Numbered from the stretch's first letter, positions 1 to 9,552 are shown. The stretch: 64,000 nucleotides of DNA from an uncultured virus (IMG/VR IMGVR_UViG_3300033148_003000) (IMGVR_UViG_3300033148_003000), one strand, 5' to 3'. Numbers and translations are program-made. Notes: generated from the sequence alone by a model not told the origin.

Positions 1-114
1 AACAATCATTAGATGTTGATAAACAATCATTAGATGTTGATAAACAATCATTAGATGTTGATAAACAATCATTAGATGTTGATAAACAATCATTAGATGT
101 TGATAAACAATCAT
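1..114. repeat. 21-bp tandem repeat (AACAATCATTAGATGTTGATA), 5 full copies plus a partial, truncated by window edge
   Basis: Directly visible; reads DCLSTSN per unit in the tdk frame. Confidence 0.97.
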
Positions 115-622
115 CAATATCACCAACCAAGTATTGAGGAGAATCGTAAGGAGCAATTTTACCGTGGATTAAACGTTGTGTTCTACATGCATATTCAGAT
201 CGACAGAGATTACATACAGAAGTTAATTTGTCAACATGATTGGCAATTGCTAACAATTGTGGGACTTGACCAAAAGGTTCACCACGAAAATCTAAATCCA
301 AACCTGACGCAATTATATTAACATCTTTTTCGATTAATTCATTAACAACTCTTAATATATCTTTATCAAAAAACTGAACCTCATCTATAAATATCAATTC
401 ACAATGATGTTCATCTACAAAAGTTAATATTTCGGACGGATTTCGTATTTTTAAAACCTCATATGTCATTCCAGTTCTGGATTTAATTTCTTCTTTGTCT
501 CTTGTGTTTAAAGTTGGTGTAAATACCAACAGGTTTTTATATGCGATCTTTGCCCTGATTATATACCTAATAAGAATATCAGATTTACCCGACATCATAG
601 GTCCGACTATCATTCTAAACAT
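1..622 (-). CDS. tdk: Thymidine kinase (TK1 family), 3' end runs off window
   Basis: Manual translation from ATG at 622: MFRMIVGPMMSGKS (P-loop), IFIDEVQFF, SGLDLDFRGEPF, CNLC zinc half-site; AAGGT RBS upstream. Not in the ORF track because no stop is in the window. Confidence 0.93.
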   Translation of the reverse strand, partial: MFRMIVGPMMSGKSDILIRYIIRAKIAYKNLLVFTPTLNTRDKEEIKSRTGMTYEVLKIRNPSEILTFVDEHHCELIFIDEVQFFDKDILRVVNELIEKDVNIIASGLDLDFRGEPFGQVPQLLAIANHVDKLTSVCNLCRSEYACRTQRLIHGKIAPYDSPQYLVGDIDDCLSTSNDCLSTSNDCLSTSNDCLSTSNDCLSTSNDC

Positions 623-682
623 TTATTTACCTTTAATCTACTTTATCAACCCATGAATATGTAAAATAACCTTTCTTAAAAA

Positions 683-1396
683 CTATTTTAATAAAATTTC
701 TTTTACATGTATTTCGATTTGAGTATTTTTAGGTACAATTAATTTTTCAGTGTATATTATTACCTTATTTACACCATAATCAGTGGGATTTTCTTGAATA
801 TCAATTTGATATGTTTGCATCAAAATCTCAGTCATTACCGTATTGATTTGTCGGTATCTTTCGTTGAACTTTTTAAGTTGTCGATATTTTGTAACTTTAA
901 ATACCCGATCTTTGAGAAATGGGATTAATATACCACCAACAACACTACTAGTTGGTGATCCCTTGTCTAAAATAAATTCACCAATTGTTAAACCAACGTT
1001 AATAATCGTGTCTCTTTTACTTGAACGATATTTCACGTAGAAATAATAACCGTTTATTATTTCGTCTTTTTTAAACAACTTTTTAATTTTTTGTTTTTCT
1101 TCTTCTGTGATTGTTTCATTGAAAAATTTAATACCTCTTTTACTGTCGTATTGAAAAGGTTGTAATTCCACCTTTTGGTCTTTAGCAATTTCTTGCAGAA
1201 TTGATTGAATCTCAAGATTAGTCATCAATGTTTTAACAAACCTTTGCGACAATCTTTCACTACTTTGAGATGATCGAGTTAAAACCTTGGTATTTGGTAT
1301 CACCAATTTTTGGTGTAAAGTAACCGCTTCGATTGGTGTTGTAAATGTGAATAACATAAAAATTGTTAAAACTTTAATAAAATAATTTTTAATCAT
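683..1396 (-). CDS. Hypothetical exported/membrane protein
   Basis: N-terminal basic-hydrophobic signal-like segment ending IEA; internal hydrophobic stretch. Confidence 0.5.
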   Translation of the reverse strand: MIKNYFIKVLTIFMLFTFTTPIEAVTLHQKLVIPNTKVLTRSSQSSERLSQRFVKTLMTNLEIQSILQEIAKDQKVELQPFQYDSKRGIKFFNETITEEEKQKIKKLFKKDEIINGYYFYVKYRSSKRDTIINVGLTIGEFILDKGSPTSSVVGGILIPFLKDRVFKVTKYRQLKKFNERYRQINTVMTEILMQTYQIDIQENPTDYGVNKVIIYTEKLIVPKNTQIEIHVKEILLK

Positions 1397-1575
1397 TTGT
1401 TTTCCTTTCTTATTTAAGAGGATTTATCATACCTACAATATCATTATTTTCCATAATTATTATTTGTTTGTTTTCTACTAACATGTTACATAATTCTATT
1501 TTTGATATTTCTAAATAAGCACCTTCAAGTTGTTTTTGTATAAATTCATCTTGTTTTATTCTCATATCAATATAT

Positions 1576-2217
1576 TTAATCATAATAAATCTTCCAATCA
1601 TCATTTTGCAGTAAATCTTCTTCTGTATACTCTCTTTCAATATTATTCATGTGTTTGTTGTCTTTTTTAATTAATACATAATAATGAGCATCTTTTAGTT
1701 TTTGTTTTGTTGTTTGAACATACTCAAAAATCCCTTGCATAAATCTACACTCTAAAATTCGTCTAATAGAACGATTAACAATTTTTAAATGTAGTCGTTT
1801 ATAATGTTCTTTTGAAACATGGTAACTCAAAACATAAGGAAAAATCAACTCTTCATAGACACGTTCTCGATTAAATTCTTTTAATTTTATTTGAACTTTT
1901 GATAATAAAACATTTTGATTATTACTTTGTAAATTATCATCTAAAATATAAAATAAAGATAAATAAACATAATTTTTGTATTGATGATATAAAAGATAAT
2001 ACTCATTAGAAGAATGTTTATAAATATTTACAAATTCATTAAAATTCAAAATCTTACAATTATGCAAAAAATTAAATTCCAACCCATATAGAGTCTTTTC
2101 ATGTTCTTTAAATTCCTTAAAATAAGGTTTATTTTCAATTATAACATATCTCACACTACCTATTTTAATTTCATTATTCATCATAATATATTTTATTACC
2201 TTTATTTTGTAGTACAT
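1576..2217 (-). CDS. Hypothetical protein
   Basis: 213-aa ORF co-oriented and overlapping neighbours. Confidence 0.55.
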   Translation of the reverse strand: MYYKIKVIKYIMMNNEIKIGSVRYVIIENKPYFKEFKEHEKTLYGLEFNFLHNCKILNFNEFVNIYKHSSNEYYLLYHQYKNYVYLSLFYILDDNLQSNNQNVLLSKVQIKLKEFNRERVYEELIFPYVLSYHVSKEHYKRLHLKIVNRSIRRILECRFMQGIFEYVQTTKQKLKDAHYYVLIKKDNKHMNNIEREYTEEDLLQNDDWKIYYD

Positions 2218-2572
2218 TTTTTAATAATTCATTATGTTCTTTGGTTTGCAGTGAACCTCTTTCATATCTATTTAAAGTTTCAGGTGTTATTCCTAAAAGT
2301 TCACTAAATTTTCTTTGGGTAAGTCCTAACATTTCTCTTTGCAATTTGATTTCTTCTGGTTGTATATAATCAAACATCTCACGATATTTTCTATAAACTT
2401 CTTTATATGGATCATTATCAGAAGTTGTAAATTCTTCTTTACAATTAGAACATTTGTGATAATCACTTGTAACTTCTATTGGAATATTTCTTATATTAAA
2501 TTCAACAGTTTTAGTTTCAATATAAACACTTTCATTATCACATAATGGGCAATATTTAATTTTTAATTTCAT
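2174..2572 (-). CDS. MqsA-family antitoxin-like protein (zinc ribbon plus XRE HTH)
   Basis: CPLC...CSNC zinc ligands, then PEEIKLQREMLGLTQRKFSELLGITPETLNRYERG HTH. Confidence 0.85.
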   Translation of the reverse strand: MKLKIKYCPLCDNESVYIETKTVEFNIRNIPIEVTSDYHKCSNCKEEFTTSDNDPYKEVYRKYREMFDYIQPEEIKLQREMLGLTQRKFSELLGITPETLNRYERGSLQTKEHNELLKNVLQNKGNKIYYDE

Positions 2573-2996
2573 ATCTTGTCACTTTCTCATATTCTTCTTT
2601 AGTATATCCTTTACCACCACATAATTCACAATTTTTATTTTCACTATAATAATCAATCCTATGTTGATTACATTTAAGACAAGGATATTTATAACCTTCG
2701 CCTCTTGATTTAAAATCCTCTAAACAATGACCATGATATGTTTTACCTTCATGTATTTTAGGTGTATAATCACTGATGTGAAATATTTCATGACAATAAT
2801 GACAATAAAAATTGTGATTTTGTTTGACATAATTGTTAATTTTTAATATTTCTTTAAATACTAATAGTAAATCATCTAATGTAAATTCAACTACCGAACC
2901 TTGATCATTTAATGATACAGATATCTTTCTTTTATAATCAAAAAATACATTTATTTCACAATCACTACCAATTGTTTTAGGATATCTTAAAAACAT
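2556..2996 (-). CDS. Hypothetical Cys/His-rich zinc-binding protein
   Basis: CHYC, HGHC, CLKC and CELCGGKG motifs. Confidence 0.55.
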   Translation of the reverse strand: MFLRYPKTIGSDCEINVFFDYKRKISVSLNDQGSVVEFTLDDLLLVFKEILKINNYVKQNHNFYCHYCHEIFHISDYTPKIHEGKTYHGHCLEDFKSRGEGYKYPCLKCNQHRIDYYSENKNCELCGGKGYTKEEYEKVTRYEIKN

Positions 2997-3006
2997 TTTA
3001 ACTCCT

Positions 3007-3474
3007 TTATATTTCTTTTTGAAATTTAATCAAAGAAATTTTCTCATGTTCAATCTCATTTAATCTTTTTTTAGTTTTTTTCTTTAGATGTTCTCTTATT
3101 TTACTATTAATATTTAAATCTTTACAAAATCCAAATTCATGAGAACCTAATTCCGATGTTTTTACTTCAACTTGAAAGTTTTCACTAATTTCTCCATATG
3201 GATAACATTTAAATATCTGTTCTATATTATTATAATCATTCGTTAATATTATTTTAACATCATATATATCATCTTCTCTATCATTATATTCTTCCTCATT
3301 TAAACTATCTGGATTAATTATTATAGATATATTTATTCCTCTATCTTTAAATAAAAATTTATAAAGACTAACTAATCTCGAAATTGAGAAAGAATATTCA
3401 AATGTATATTCACTTTTAGTAAAAACTTCATTAAGACTTACTATTTGATTTTCACTATTATACTCAATTATCAT
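3007..3474 (-). CDS. Hypothetical protein
   Basis: ORF with AGGAG RBS. Confidence 0.6.
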   Translation of the reverse strand: MIIEYNSENQIVSLNEVFTKSEYTFEYSFSISRLVSLYKFLFKDRGINISIIINPDSLNEEEYNDREDDIYDVKIILTNDYNNIEQIFKCYPYGEISENFQVEVKTSELGSHEFGFCKDLNINSKIREHLKKKTKKRLNEIEHEKISLIKFQKEI

Positions 3475-3488
3475 TAATTTAACTCCTT

Positions 3489-4859
3489 TTATATACTGTC
3501 TATTGAAACATCAACTAAATCTTTGGTTCTAAATCCTTTAAATGCTGGTTCAGTTAATGATTTACCACCTTTATTATTTGTTGACAGTTTCCTATAACTA
3601 ACTTTTACCAATAAATCTTTTCTTTCCAATAATTGTTCTTGTTTTGCCCAAATTTGATTTCTGGTATAATCATCAAATCCTGTACCAACTCTTACTTCGT
3701 TATCATCATCCAACTTAATTACAATTTTACCCAAATTATTTTCGTATTTCCCTTTACCTTCTTCGAATCCTTTTATTCGAAATTCGCTATCATGACGTGG
3801 TTTATATCTAAGAATATTTTTAGTTCTTTTATATTCGTATGGTTTTGAACCATCTCTAAGAATTAAACCTTCCCAACCTTCTTTATGACATAATTTCACT
3901 AGTTCTTTATATCTTTCATCGTTGCATTTCATATTTTCAGCAATTTTTATTCTTGGATAAGATGTCACCATATACATATCAGTTAAAAAACCCAAACCTG
4001 ATTTTATATCACCATTAACATCTAACTCTGTATCAATATCTTCAATACGATGAATAAAATTTCGGCCACATTCTTGTTTAAAAAATTCTTCTTGATCTAA
4101 CATGTCAAATATCACAAATGAACACTCTTCAAAAAACTCTTCTGTTGATGTTTTATGTTGATCATCAATCCCAGTGTTTTCATCTATCCAAACTATCTCA
4201 CCACAAAATACCAATCTGTCAACTGGTAATTTTTCCAACTGTTGTCTGATATTTATATAACGATCTTCAGGAATTAACTTACCAGATCTACCAATAAGTA
4301 AAAGTTTATCGTTAGGTTTGGTTACCGTTACGTTAATTCCATCAAATTTGCGTCCTACATAGGTGGATTGAAATGGAACTTTGTCACCATTTTTATCATA
4401 ATTACTTAACCGAGTTACAACAAATTTCTCAGTTAAATCCATAGATGTTGGTATTGAATCTTTCCAAACTTTGTTGATTGATGTTTTACCCATACCTAAT
4501 CTTAGGTCTTTAAAAAGAATTTGTAACATGAACTTTCGATCTTCTAGATAAAAATCATCTAAAAATCTTTGAATCTCTTGAATATCACCATTTGTAGAAC
4601 CTTTTTGTTCACCCAATTTGTTGAGTATTTCTTTATATTCATTCCAATTATATTCTAAACGTTTTCTTGGATTATTAATCGTGCGTTTCCATACAACTTT
4701 ATTATAACCTTTTTCAGCAATTTTAAATTTTAAATGGGGATTATACGTGTAGTATAAAATTTCTTTTAATAATTGATTGTGTTTAAAACTCTTTAACAAA
4801 TCCAACTGTTGATTTCCTGAACAATTTCTCAATTTTTCTAATTGTTGTAGTAGATTCAT
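3489..4859 (-). CDS. lig: ATP-dependent DNA ligase
   Basis: KFDG (motif I), CGEIV, FVIFD, EGLILR, LRYK, OB-fold VGTGF; N-terminal DNA-binding domain. Confidence 0.93.
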   Translation of the reverse strand: MNLLQQLEKLRNCSGNQQLDLLKSFKHNQLLKEILYYTYNPHLKFKIAEKGYNKVVWKRTINNPRKRLEYNWNEYKEILNKLGEQKGSTNGDIQEIQRFLDDFYLEDRKFMLQILFKDLRLGMGKTSINKVWKDSIPTSMDLTEKFVVTRLSNYDKNGDKVPFQSTYVGRKFDGINVTVTKPNDKLLLIGRSGKLIPEDRYINIRQQLEKLPVDRLVFCGEIVWIDENTGIDDQHKTSTEEFFEECSFVIFDMLDQEEFFKQECGRNFIHRIEDIDTELDVNGDIKSGLGFLTDMYMVTSYPRIKIAENMKCNDERYKELVKLCHKEGWEGLILRDGSKPYEYKRTKNILRYKPRHDSEFRIKGFEEGKGKYENNLGKIVIKLDDDNEVRVGTGFDDYTRNQIWAKQEQLLERKDLLVKVSYRKLSTNNKGGKSLTEPAFKGFRTKDLVDVSIDSI

Positions 4860-4861
4860 GA

Positions 4862-5875
4862 TTATTTCCTTTCTTGTATATTTGATGGTGAAAATCCAAC
4901 AAAATCAATAGTATTGTCAATTTTATTTTCTATTGAAGTAATAGAATTAACAACTTTTTGAGTTAAGTTATTGTATTTGTGACAGTCAGAATCAATGTAA
5001 TCTAAGTGATTTAACACTAAATGAGTTGGTCTATTATACATAATAGCTTGTTTAACAATTTCAGGATCAAAACGACCTACACGTCTCTTTAATTTTGTAA
5101 CAGAAGTGTATTCAACAATATCTTTATCACTTTTAGATTCCTTAGTTAATGTTTCCCAATCAATTTCATTTTTTAAAGGACCAGAATTTCCAGCAACTCT
5201 AATAGGATAAGTTCTTAAGACAAGCACAATTTCAGTTATATCTAAAGGGTTTAAACCAACTTCAGTAACAAAACCTGATGCAGTAGTGTCTCTGCTAGTC
5301 ACATATGGATAATGCGGAGAATGTAATAAAGATAAGCCAAAACCTTGGGTACCTTCAATTACAGCTTTATGTCCTTTATCAAGTTTTTCTCTTAGAAAAG
5401 GAATAACAGGTTTAACAAATCTTTTTAAAGTCACATCATCTTTTGCTAAAATATTGTTATTTCTTCTTATCCTTCTCATAACTGCTGCACCAGTTCCACT
5501 TAACGTAGAACCAATGTTATTTCTTAAATCACTATTTTTTTCATTAATTAAATCATTTTCAGAAATTATCATTGCATTAGGATCAATAATCAATTTTTCA
5601 GGCGTTAATTTTGTAAGTTCTAACTCCTTTAGTAAAATTTTTACATCTATATAACTTCCAGCAGGTAATATACAATAAACATCTTCTAAAATTGCTGCAG
5701 TAGGTAATTGCCTCAAAACAACAGTTTTTCCATAATTGTCAACAACTGTATGACCAGAATTACTACCACCCACCCTAATGACGATATCAGCATTATTTCT
5801 TTTTACCCAAAAATGAGTAACCTTACCTTTACCTTCTGAACCGTATTGACCACCAACTACAACCGTAACACTCAT
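4862..5875 (-). CDS. purZ: Adenylosuccinate synthetase homologue with PurZ/PurZ0 signature (candidate N6-succino-2-amino-dAMP synthase)
   Basis: GGQYGSEGKG (Ser at the PurA Asp13 position), NSGHT, GSTLSG, EGTQG, YPYVTSRD, RTYPIRVAGNSGP, TSVTKLKRR, NHLDY; short 337-aa form. Confidence 0.8.
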   Translation of the reverse strand: MSVTVVVGGQYGSEGKGKVTHFWVKRNNADIVIRVGGSNSGHTVVDNYGKTVVLRQLPTAAILEDVYCILPAGSYIDVKILLKELELTKLTPEKLIIDPNAMIISENDLINEKNSDLRNNIGSTLSGTGAAVMRRIRRNNNILAKDDVTLKRFVKPVIPFLREKLDKGHKAVIEGTQGFGLSLLHSPHYPYVTSRDTTASGFVTEVGLNPLDITEIVLVLRTYPIRVAGNSGPLKNEIDWETLTKESKSDKDIVEYTSVTKLKRRVGRFDPEIVKQAIMYNRPTHLVLNHLDYIDSDCHKYNNLTQKVVNSITSIENKIDNTIDFVGFSPSNIQERK

Positions 5876-5893
5876 TTTATAATTAATCCTTTC

Positions 5894-6016
5894 TCACATT
5901 TTCTTAATGTTATTCCAAATTTCTATACATTGACAAATAACCATACCTAGAATTGTACCCAATCCAACTCCATAAATTCCTATTATAAATACTAATGATA
6001 AAACGTTACTTAACAT
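5894..6016 (-). CDS. Small membrane protein (40 aa)
   Basis: Manual translation MLSNVLSLVFIIGIYGVGLGTILGMVICQCIEIWNNIKKM; AAGGA RBS. Confidence 0.5.
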   Translation of the reverse strand: MLSNVLSLVFIIGIYGVGLGTILGMVICQCIEIWNNIKKM

Positions 6017-6961
6017 TTTTATTATCCTTTAAAAACTTTATAAACTCCTGTGTCTTTCTATTACATTTTTCTACAATATTCTTGACAATTTTTTTTATTT
6101 TTAATAATTTTAATTAAATTATCTTTATAAATATTTCCCATTAAAATCTTATCATACATTAAACAATCTTTAAATATTTCACATGGAATTACATCCCCAT
6201 TAACTTTTATAACCAATTTTTCATGTTTTAAACATTCACATTCTCTAGTTAATTTCCAGCCTAATTTTCTTTGTAATCCTAATCCTACTTTAATGTTTTC
6301 TAAACTATCTAATTTAGCTAATTCTATTCTTAAATCTTCTATATCATATTCCAATTTATTTTTGTTTTTTAATGCTCTACCTTGATACACCAAATTTAAT
6401 AATCTAATTTGATCTACGCCCATTATTTGAAGATTTTTAATTTTTTTACTCATATTGATCATATTGATTTTACATGGTACAATATGAACTTCTACATTAT
6501 ATCCATAATATAAAGCTTTTAATATCATATCTCTAGTTGTATTAAAACCACTAGCTACATTAGGTAAATAATGAAATACTAAATTAATATTTCTATCAAT
6601 ATATTTATCTAAAAAAATATCTGTACATCCTGATGTATAAATTGTTAAATTAATATTTTTCTTTATTATTTCATTAATAATTTCAAAAATATTTGGATGA
6701 TTAAATGATTCTCCACCGGATAAATTAATATTTTTTATTCCAATTTTATTTATTTCTTTTATCAATGATTTTATTTTATCGATGGAAATATTATTATAAT
6801 ATTCCCACACAGTACTTTCTGATGAACAATATATACAATCCATTTGACAATGATTGGTTATTTCTAATGTAATTTCTTTATATGTTGACATTATATAAGA
6901 TCCTTCATTTAACATTTTTATTATCCTTTAATAATTTTTGAAAAACTTTATAAACTCCTGT
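6010..6961. repeat. Direct repeat pair (6010-6051 and 6909-6961) flanking the radical SAM gene
   Basis: TTAACATTTTTATTATCCTTT plus AAAAACTTTATAAACTCCTGT in both copies; the second has an 11-nt insertion between the halves. Confidence 0.9.
6061..6915 (-). CDS. Radical SAM protein with SPASM/twitch domain
   Basis: CQMDCIYC (CxxxCxxC), SGGE, C-terminal C...GDVIPC...GNI...C. Confidence 0.9.
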   Translation of the reverse strand: MLNEGSYIMSTYKEITLEITNHCQMDCIYCSSESTVWEYYNNISIDKIKSLIKEINKIGIKNINLSGGESFNHPNIFEIINEIIKKNINLTIYTSGCTDIFLDKYIDRNINLVFHYLPNVASGFNTTRDMILKALYYGYNVEVHIVPCKINMINMSKKIKNLQIMGVDQIRLLNLVYQGRALKNKNKLEYDIEDLRIELAKLDSLENIKVGLGLQRKLGWKLTRECECLKHEKLVIKVNGDVIPCEIFKDCLMYDKILMGNIYKDNLIKIIKNKKNCQEYCRKM

Positions 6962-7080
6962 ATCTTCTTTATTTCCATTTAAAAACCCACATGGATATTC
7001 TTCTTTTATTTTATGAGATAACATATCCAAATCATTCACATTATCAGATTCTAGAATAAAAGGCATATGGTTCTAAAATT

Positions 7081-7386
7081 TTATTTAACATGATTTGACC
7101 TTTCAGGTAATAGGTGGTAATATTTACTCACCAAATTATTGTAAAGAACACGATCACTATCAGCTAATTCAGGAAAATATCCTTCATTATCCTTGGCTTT
7201 ATACCAGAACCATTCTAAAACAGTTTCCAATTCTTCTCCAGTTAGAAACACATCTTGTACACTTTGACGCAGTAGATCTTTTTGTTGTTTAATAACACCC
7301 TTTTTATTTTCATTTTGATATTCACGTTTTTCTCGTACTCTATCAACTCTTTCTTTACGTCGTTGTGGGTTTTGTCTTTTAGTCAT
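7081..7386 (-). CDS. Hypothetical basic protein
   Basis: ORF coupled to the upstream gene; Arg/Lys-rich N-terminus. Confidence 0.55.
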   Translation of the reverse strand: MTKRQNPQRRKERVDRVREKREYQNENKKGVIKQQKDLLRQSVQDVFLTGEELETVLEWFWYKAKDNEGYFPELADSDRVLYNNLVSKYYHLLPERSNHVK

Positions 7387-8131
7387 TGTTCAACTCACTA
7401 AACCCCAAATGTTCTTCATAAATATCAATTACCAATTTGTTAGCTAATTTTCGACATGATTTCTTTGAAAATGGGTGTAATTCATTATTTTCAAAATTTT
7501 CCATCAACAGATTAAACTTATTTAATTTTGTGTCAAGTAAATTGTCGATTTCATCATGTAATAAACTACCGTTTTTTATTTCTTTAATTACATCTCGTTC
7601 TTGTAGTGGAAATGTAATCCGACCTGTTGTTATTAATTCTTCACATTCAGACATCAACCTGTATACATGTGAGGCTTTTTTTACTTCTTTATAACAAGTT
7701 CGATTTGGATTGTTATATTTATCCCATTCACTTCTCATATAACCGTCGAAATGTCCAATAAAACTTTTACTGATGAGTTTTTTAATATTGGTCATTAAAT
7801 ATTCACCTAAAGAAGATATTTGTACAATATTAGATTTATTTACAAAACACAATTCGATAATATTTGGATTACCTTTCATAACTAAATTTACAAATTTGCG
7901 TAATTCATAAAACTTTCTATCAATTGCGTGTTTTGTATTACGACCATTTTCATCTTTAGAAACTTCATTACAGTTCCACTCTTCAGTTCTCTCAATCCCT
8001 AAGATATATTCTTTAGAAGGTAAAAATACACCTTGATAATCAACATCAGATTCAGACGTATTTGTACCATAAAGATGGGAACCTGATTTTATTTCTAAAA
8101 TAATTTCGTTATTTGTTTTATTATCTTTCAA
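7379..8131 (-). CDS. Pol-beta-superfamily nucleotidyltransferase
   Basis: GSHLYG...SDVD.QGVF, KGNPNIIE, KKASHVYRL motifs. Confidence 0.88.
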   Translation of the reverse strand: MKDNKTNNEIILEIKSGSHLYGTNTSESDVDYQGVFLPSKEYILGIERTEEWNCNEVSKDENGRNTKHAIDRKFYELRKFVNLVMKGNPNIIELCFVNKSNIVQISSLGEYLMTNIKKLISKSFIGHFDGYMRSEWDKYNNPNRTCYKEVKKASHVYRLMSECEELITTGRITFPLQERDVIKEIKNGSLLHDEIDNLLDTKLNKFNLLMENFENNELHPFSKKSCRKLANKLVIDIYEEHLGFSELNND

Positions 8132-8485
8132 TTAACTATTCCTCTTTACTCACCTAAATATTCAAAATACTCTTGTCTAAACTGTTTCAGAAATTGAATC
8201 ACCTTATTAACTGTTTGTAATGACCAAACACTATCATAAAAACCACAAACATTGTGAAATGTTTTAACTCCAACCGTTGAGTCTAACCATGAATGTCTAC
8301 AATTAAATACGTACACTGTCGCTAAATATAAACGTTGTATAAAATTCAAATTGTTATCCAAAACCGCATCAATATTTAAAACATCAGGTGTATCAACCCA
8401 ATATCCAAATCTTAAGAAATGGGTTGGATTATGACATTCACAATCGCAATATAAAGTTTTCAATTTGTCTTCATTAATCATTTTC

Positions 8486-8827
8486 TTAACCTTCTCTTTT
8501 AGACAATACTTCCTGACACCATTTTGAAAATTCTTTAATATCCTTAAATTCATAAACAGTATAACCATCATTTATAACTTGTCGAATTATATCTTCTGGA
8601 TACATATAATTAGTTATTTTGTGTCCATAAAATGTATATTGTGAATGTTCAATACTTACAAACATACATTGGTTTATACGTTGATAATCATTACTCATAT
8701 ATTTTTGTAATTTATATATTTGTCCACAACCACAATATCTTTCAGTAAAAAATGCATAAATATTATCTAAATATATATCATTTATATCAACTTCTTTAGA
8801 ATTATTTTTAATTACAACTTTTTTCAT
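8486..8827 (-). CDS. Hypothetical protein, MKKVV paralog family
   Basis: Shares MKKVV..., IYAF, YKLQK, VYEF..IKEF..WC with paralogs. Confidence 0.75.
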   Translation of the reverse strand: MKKVVIKNNSKEVDINDIYLDNIYAFFTERYCGCGQIYKLQKYMSNDYQRINQCMFVSIEHSQYTFYGHKITNYMYPEDIIRQVINDGYTVYEFKDIKEFSKWCQEVLSKREG

Positions 8828-9008
8828 TTTTTTAAACTTTCTAACTTATTCGTAAACCCATTTTCCGTCTTTATAAATAATCCACTTTTCACTTTCACTA
8901 TCAAAAATTTGCAAAATTTTAGCAATGTCAATATCAATATTAGTCCAATCTTCTTCATTTAATTTTACAATTATTGAAGATTCTTTGTATTTCATATTTA
9001 TCTCTCTT

Positions 9009-9542
9009 TTAACCACATGCCGACCACGCACATGCATCATCACTACAGGATTTACACTTTTCTTTGTAAATCAGCTTAGATCCACATTCAGGACATTGAC
9101 CATTTGCTATTGATTCTTCTTGAGTGGGTTTAACAACTTCATTATCTTCTTGAAATAAAGATTTATCATTATCAAGTTTTTTAATTTTAGGAAATTTTAA
9201 TAACTCATCACGATATTCTTCAGTTTTTTCATATTCTTTTTTCAATATATCTTGCCATAATTTCTTTGAATATTTTTTTCCTTTTTTTACTTTAATTAAA
9301 GTTTTAATATGTGCAGATTCAATATAATTAATACCTGAAATCAATACATTGTCTGAATTTTTAATAGAAACTTGTTTTACTATTTCAGCAAAAATATCTA
9401 ATAAACCCATCTCAATACCTGTAAAGTCAATTTCGATTTTATTTTGAGATAATTCGGGTAAATCTCTTATTAATTGTTTAACATCGTTTAATTCAACAAC
9501 ACAACTTCCGTTGGTGTAATTTTTAATTATAATTTTAACCAT
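9009..9542 (-). CDS. Protein with possible STAS-like N-terminus and C-terminal zinc ribbon resembling that of class II ribonucleotide reductases
   Basis: IEIDFTGIE; CPECGSKLIYKEKCKSC...CAWSACG. Confidence 0.55.
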   Translation of the reverse strand: MVKIIIKNYTNGSCVVELNDVKQLIRDLPELSQNKIEIDFTGIEMGLLDIFAEIVKQVSIKNSDNVLISGINYIESAHIKTLIKVKKGKKYSKKLWQDILKKEYEKTEEYRDELLKFPKIKKLDNDKSLFQEDNEVVKPTQEESIANGQCPECGSKLIYKEKCKSCSDDACAWSACG

Positions 9543-9552
9543 TTCATTTCCT

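Noticed and set aside
1..114. CRISPR array
   Set aside because: Units are directly adjacent with no spacers and lie in frame within tdk.
97..321. Plus-strand 74-aa ORF
   Set aside because: Antisense shadow of the thymidine kinase gene.
4862..5875. Ordinary PurA auxiliary metabolic gene
   Set aside because: Catalytic Asp13 is Ser and the Arg303 position appears to be Leu; not formally excluded without assay.
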